Below are positions 59,833-64,000 of a stretch of 64,000 nt of DNA, in pieces. This stretch comes from Candidatus Multivorans sp. (lineage in GTDB: Bacteria > Acidobacteriota > Thermoanaerobaculia > Multivoradales > Multivoraceae). The first letter of the stretch is position 1. Each line of letters starts with the position of its first letter. Location of the stretch: assembly GCA_965247095.1 (NCBI GenBank), contig OZ251997.1, positions 2,144,001 to 2,208,000 on the forward strand. Direction: 5' to 3'. Both the position numbers and the translations under genes were made by a program. The notes under the pieces were generated by a model that was given only the letters and a program-made list of their open reading frames with translations, ran no database searches and was not told where the DNA came from.

Positions 59833-61460
59833 ACTCGTTTCGGAGCGAAATGACGTCAACAGACCAGGACTCGCAGAACCCCAACCCCCAGGCGCCCGGC
59901 CGGCGGTACTCCAACTACGTCCTGGGCGTCCTCGTCCTGGTCTACGTCTTCAACTTCATCGACCGCCAGATCCTATCGATCCTGGCGGAGGACATCCGCG
60001 CCGATCTGGGCATCGACGACGCCCAGCTCGGCTTCCTCTACGGCACCGCGTTCGCCGTCTTCTACGCCATCTTCGGCATTCCGATCGGCCGTCTGGCCGA
60101 CATGTGGACCCGCAAGAACCTGATCTCGATCGGCTTGGCCGCCTGGAGCCTGATGACGGCGCTGTCCGGGACCGCACGCGGTTTCACGTCACTCGCCGCC
60201 TACCGGATCGGCGTCGGAATCGGCGAATCGAGCGCCGGCCCAGCGGCGTTCTCCATGCTCGGGGACTACTACCCGCCGCGGCTGCGCGCCACGGTAACCG
60301 CCATCTACTCGAGCGGGGTCTACATCGGCTCCGGGGTCGGCATCTTGATCGGCGGCCAGATCGTCGACCGGTGGAACGCCGCGTACAGCGACGGCGGGGC
60401 GCCGTTCGGCCTTGTCGGCTGGCAGGTCGCCTTCTTCGCCGTCGGCCTTCCCGGACTCCTCATGGCGATCTGGGTGTGGACCCTGCGGGAGCCCATAAGG
60501 GGCCAGAGCGAGGGCATCGTCACTCCCCCGCATCCCGAACCGTTCAAGGAACTGGGCCGGGAGACAGCCGCCATTCTCCCGCCGCTGACCGTGTTCTCGC
60601 TGTACCGCAACGGCGGCCACCGCGCGGTCGGTTCGAATCTGCTGATCGCGCTCGGGTGCGCCGGCAGCTCCTTCCTCCTGATCCAGATCTTCGGCAGGCC
60701 GGCGCAGTGGATCGCACTCGCGATCGGCGCCTACGCCTTCCTCTCCTGGGTGCAGGGACTCCGGGTGAGGGACCGGCCGACTTTCGAACTGATCTACGGC
60801 ACCCGATCGATGATCTACGGCATGATCGGCTTCGGCTGGATCGCGTTCGTCGGCTACGGCGCAGGCTTCTGGGCGCCGACGTTCTTCCGGCGAGTTCACG
60901 AGCAGAGCGCCGGCCAGGCCGGCCTGGTTCTCGGTCTCACTGCCGCGGTCGCAGGCTGGCTTGGAGTAGCCGGCGGCGGCTACTTCTCCGACTGGATGAA
61001 ACGAAGAAGGGCGAACGCCCGCCCACTTTGCGGCGCCTTCGCCGCCCTGGGGTCGATACCGCTCGGCGCAGCCTTCCTACTCACCGACAACGTGACCACA
61101 GCCTACGTCTTCAACTTCCTCTTCACGATCACCTCGGCGTGCTGGATCGGTTCCGCCGTTGCGATGGCCAACGACCTCGTGCTGCCCAGGATGCGTGGGA
61201 CGGCCTCCGCGTTCTACATCCTCACGATGACCTTCGTCGGCCTCGCCCTGGGCCCGTTCCTGATGGGCTGGATGAGCGGTACGTTCGAGGCCGGCGGCGC
61301 CGACTCCGGCCATTCCCTGCAGCTCGCCATGCTGATCGGTCTCGGCGCCTACCTCATCGGCGCGGTGTTCTTCTGGCTTGCCGGCCGCACCGTGGCCAAG
61401 GACGAGGAGAGCCGAATCGAACGAGCCCAGGCTGCCGGCGAAGTCGTCGAAGCGGCCTGA
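59829..61460 (+). CDS. MFS transporter (spinster-like)
   Basis: NFIDRQILSIL, GRLAD, RIGVGIGE; many TM segments. Confidence 0.9.
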   Translation: MNSFRSEMTSTDQDSQNPNPQAPGRRYSNYVLGVLVLVYVFNFIDRQILSILAEDIRADLGIDDAQLGFLYGTAFAVFYAIFGIPIGRLADMWTRKNLISIGLAAWSLMTALSGTARGFTSLAAYRIGVGIGESSAGPAAFSMLGDYYPPRLRATVTAIYSSGVYIGSGVGILIGGQIVDRWNAAYSDGGAPFGLVGWQVAFFAVGLPGLLMAIWVWTLREPIRGQSEGIVTPPHPEPFKELGRETAAILPPLTVFSLYRNGGHRAVGSNLLIALGCAGSSFLLIQIFGRPAQWIALAIGAYAFLSWVQGLRVRDRPTFELIYGTRSMIYGMIGFGWIAFVGYGAGFWAPTFFRRVHEQSAGQAGLVLGLTAAVAGWLGVAGGGYFSDWMKRRRANARPLCGAFAALGSIPLGAAFLLTDNVTTAYVFNFLFTITSACWIGSAVAMANDLVLPRMRGTASAFYILTMTFVGLALGPFLMGWMSGTFEAGGADSGHSLQLAMLIGLGAYLIGAVFFWLAGRTVAKDEESRIERAQAAGEVVEAA

Positions 61461-61481
61461 GGGGCAAGTAGCCAACCGCCT

Positions 61482-64000
61482 CTACGGCGCGCAACTCTCC
61501 GGAAACGCCTTCCCGTCCGTGATCGCCGGCGCCGGGTGACCCGGCTCGTTGCGGTACTCCTTCGCCGTTCCCGTCACGGTGTCCGTGACCCGGATCGAAT
61601 AGCCCAGGTCCGTCGTCGACGCCGCGTACACCCATACATGACCGTTCAGCGCACAACCGTCCAGCACCTTGATCAGGACTTCCCAGTTCTCCCGGTTGAA
61701 GAACCGGAACAGGCCCGAGTCGTTGGTCCCTGCATGAACCACGCTGCCGCTGCCGCTCTTGCCGTCACCGGTCCACCAGTCGACAACGACGGTGTGCCGC
61801 GAATCCTGAAGGCACAGAGTCTCCCCGTCCGGCTCGCAACTGCCCGCCGGATCGCTCGCCACCACCAGGAGGTCCCGGCTCGCCGCGGACTCCGCACCCA
61901 GGCCGGAAACCACGAGATCGACCCGGTAGAAACCCGGCGAAGACCACGAGTGCTCCGGATCGCGCTCGCTCGACCGGAATCCATCGCCGAAGTCCCAGCT
62001 CCTCCCGGCCACCGTACCGCTGCTCAGGTCGCGGAACGTCACCTCGACGCCGGTGCGAACAACACACAGATCCTCCCCGCAGTCAGCGTTCAGTTCGAAC
62101 TGCGCCGCCGGCACAGGCCCCGCCTCGACTTCGACCGTCTCCGTCGCCGCGGCGAACTCGCAGAACTGGTCGACGCAGTCGCCGCCGCGCGCGACCTCCA
62201 GCCGCACCGTGTACGAACCGGGCTCGACGTACGTGTGCGACGGCTGCGACATCGTGCTCGGATGCGCGATCATGGCGCCGTCGCCGAAGTCCCAACTGTA
62301 GCTCTCAGCACCGCTTGAAGCGCTGCCGTCGAACGGCACGGGCACTCCCGTCTCCACCATCGACGGCGCCGCGAAGTTGGCCGCCAGGGGATCGGCGTCT
62401 GATGGAGGCGATGGAGGCGGGGGAGGCGGAGGCGGTGGAGGAGGAGGTGGAGACGGTGGAGGAGGCGGTGGAGACGGTGGAGGAGGCGGTGGAGACGGTG
62501 GAGGAGGCGGAGGCGGTGGCGGGCTCGCGCAGGCGACGCCGTTTCCGCCCGAACCTGTCGCCGTGCGATTCGTCACTCCCGTCCCGTCGTTGAGCGCGGC
62601 CTTGCCGACAAGATCGCGAAGTGGACTCGCGTTGGGCGTGTAACCCACCCCAACCTGCTCACCCGGACCCACCGCCGCGGCGAGCGTCAAGGTCACGTTC
62701 GCGCCGCTGATATCGACCGCACTGGCGGAGGTGCATCGCTCACCGCCATCGATCTCAACGACGAAACCGCCGGAATCGCGGGCGGCTGGATCCAGGGCCT
62801 CGGTGAACTCTACGATAAGCGTTGCGCCGTCGACCGAGCCTCCACCCCGCATGTACGGCCTGATCCCATCCACCTTGTGGCCCGACTGGGTGGCCAGCTC
62901 CGGGTGCGGGACGTTGACAACCCGGTTCGTGCCGTCCTCGATCACACCGCCGTTGAGCGCGATCACGCCCGCCTCGACGCTCAGACCGTCTTCGTCTTCA
63001 TCGCCTATGGGCGGCGCCTCGCGGCCGAGCAGGCGGAGGATCGTCACGAAGAATGCATCTGCGCCCACGGCGACCGTGTAGCTGAAGGTCAGCGCCGCCG
63101 AGCCCGAACCGCCGGCATAGACGGCTTCATGGGGACGAGAGCCCACCGCCAGCAGGATCGATGGCGCGCCGTTCGTCGTGTCCACGGTCACGTCCCGGTC
63201 GAACGTCAGGATCGCGTCGATCGCATCGCCGCCGGCATAGGTGTCGTCCGCGCCCGGCGCCGAACCGATCGCCACCGTCCGGACATTCGCGGCGTCCGGG
63301 TCAATAACCGGAGGAGGCGGCGGTGGCGTGTTGTTCTCCACGTAGGAAGATCCCACCTCCAGCGCTTCGTTGCCGAGGAGATCCCGAATTGGCGTCGTGC
63401 CGGGCACATAGGAGACCCACACGCTGTCGTCGTGCTCGATCGGCGTGTCGAGCGTCAAGGTGACGGCAGTTCCTGTCACGTTGACATGGGTCACGACTCG
63501 AAAATCATCCACCCGTCCACCGTCTACCGAGAGGTCCGCCGGATCCGGGATCGAGGACTCGTCGAGCGCTTCGACGAAGGAGATCGTGAGCGTGTCGCCG
63601 CTGAGCTCCGAGCGGCCACGCATCGTCGGGCCGACACCGTCCACCTTGTGCCCGGACTGCACCGGAAGCTCTGGGTGAGCGAGGTCGGCGTTGTTGTCGG
63701 TCGCGTTCCGGATCGTGCCGCCGTTCAACGCGATGCGACCCGCCTCGACACTCAAGCCGTCGGCGTCCTCGTCGCCCACGGTCAATGACCTGTTGGAGTG
63801 ATTGTTCAGAAAGACCGCGGCAAGGGGCGGGTACCCCTCGGCCACCGTGTGACGGAAGGTCAACGTCGCGGCGCCCGAGCCCTCCTCGTAGCCGGCATGC
63901 CTTGCCAGATCACCAACCATCAGACGGAGGGACGGCCTGCCGCTCGTCGTATTCACAGTCACGTTGTCATCGAAGGTCACCGTCACGTCGATGTCATCGC
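61482..64000 (-). CDS. Surface protein with beta-sandwich/SwmB-like repeats, poly-Pro linker, two PKD domains and a Cys-containing C-terminal module; 5'-partial
   Basis: LTISFVEALD (SwmB-like), SWDFGDG x2, SGLFRFF...WEVLIKVLDGC...WVYAASTTD; frame open to the window end. Confidence 0.82.
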   Translation of the reverse strand, partial: DDIDVTVTFDDNVTVNTTSGRPSLRLMVGDLARHAGYEEGSGAATLTFRHTVAEGYPPLAAVFLNNHSNRSLTVGDEDADGLSVEAGRIALNGGTIRNATDNNADLAHPELPVQSGHKVDGVGPTMRGRSELSGDTLTISFVEALDESSIPDPADLSVDGGRVDDFRVVTHVNVTGTAVTLTLDTPIEHDDSVWVSYVPGTTPIRDLLGNEALEVGSSYVENNTPPPPPPVIDPDAANVRTVAIGSAPGADDTYAGGDAIDAILTFDRDVTVDTTNGAPSILLAVGSRPHEAVYAGGSGSAALTFSYTVAVGADAFFVTILRLLGREAPPIGDEDEDGLSVEAGVIALNGGVIEDGTNRVVNVPHPELATQSGHKVDGIRPYMRGGGSVDGATLIVEFTEALDPAARDSGGFVVEIDGGERCTSASAVDISGANVTLTLAAAVGPGEQVGVGYTPNASPLRDLVGKAALNDGTGVTNRTATGSGGNGVACASPPPPPPPPPSPPPPPPSPPPPPPSPPPPPPPPPPPPPSPPSDADPLAANFAAPSMVETGVPVPFDGSASSGAESYSWDFGDGAMIAHPSTMSQPSHTYVEPGSYTVRLEVARGGDCVDQFCEFAAATETVEVEAGPVPAAQFELNADCGEDLCVVRTGVEVTFRDLSSGTVAGRSWDFGDGFRSSERDPEHSWSSPGFYRVDLVVSGLGAESAASRDLLVVASDPAGSCEPDGETLCLQDSRHTVVVDWWTGDGKSGSGSVVHAGTNDSGLFRFFNRENWEVLIKVLDGCALNGHVWVYAASTTDLGYSIRVTDTVTGTAKEYRNEPGHPAPAITDGKAFPESCAP
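62404..62523 (-). repeat. Poly-proline coding tract containing 3 x 21-bp units
   Basis: ggtggagacggtggaggaggc x3 at 62446..62508. Confidence 0.85.

Noticed and set aside
62315-62643. Gly-rich and EEAVETV-repeat ORFs
   Set aside because: Opposite-strand readings of the poly-proline linker.

Overview
GC-rich bacterial chromosome segment. Gene content (CRTAC1/ASPIC-UnbV plus TPR genes, a carboxypeptidase-regulatory repeat protein, a PKD/SwmB surface protein, FN3/Calx-beta adhesin) suggests an Acidobacteriota-type, possibly marine-invertebrate-associated organism; this is inference. The first 22.2 kb is the 3' part of one giant surface protein gene (>7,393 aa, open at the window start). It encodes cadherin/VCBS-like domains, 13 FN3 repeats, about 41 Calx-beta-like repeats, an autotransporter-like beta-domain and, unusually, a Pro-rich linker plus SPOR peptidoglycan-binding domain after the barrel. 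Next is a decayed block (22.2-25.7 kb): broken copies of a Zn-dehydrogenase pair and an mscS remnant split by an IS. The rest is mostly housekeeping: typA, DEAD-box helicase, two Zn-dehydrogenases, pheA, lhgO, prolyl oligopeptidase, mpg, a Cpx-like module with a frameshifted kinase, glnS, gltX, galE, mdh, ferritin and an MFS transporter. Interspersed are two MNT/HEPN pairs and an eroded XRE-ImmA/DUF4411 pair. The window ends in a second partial surface protein. No rRNA, tRNA or CRISPR array was recognised. All domain calls are by eye, without database searches.
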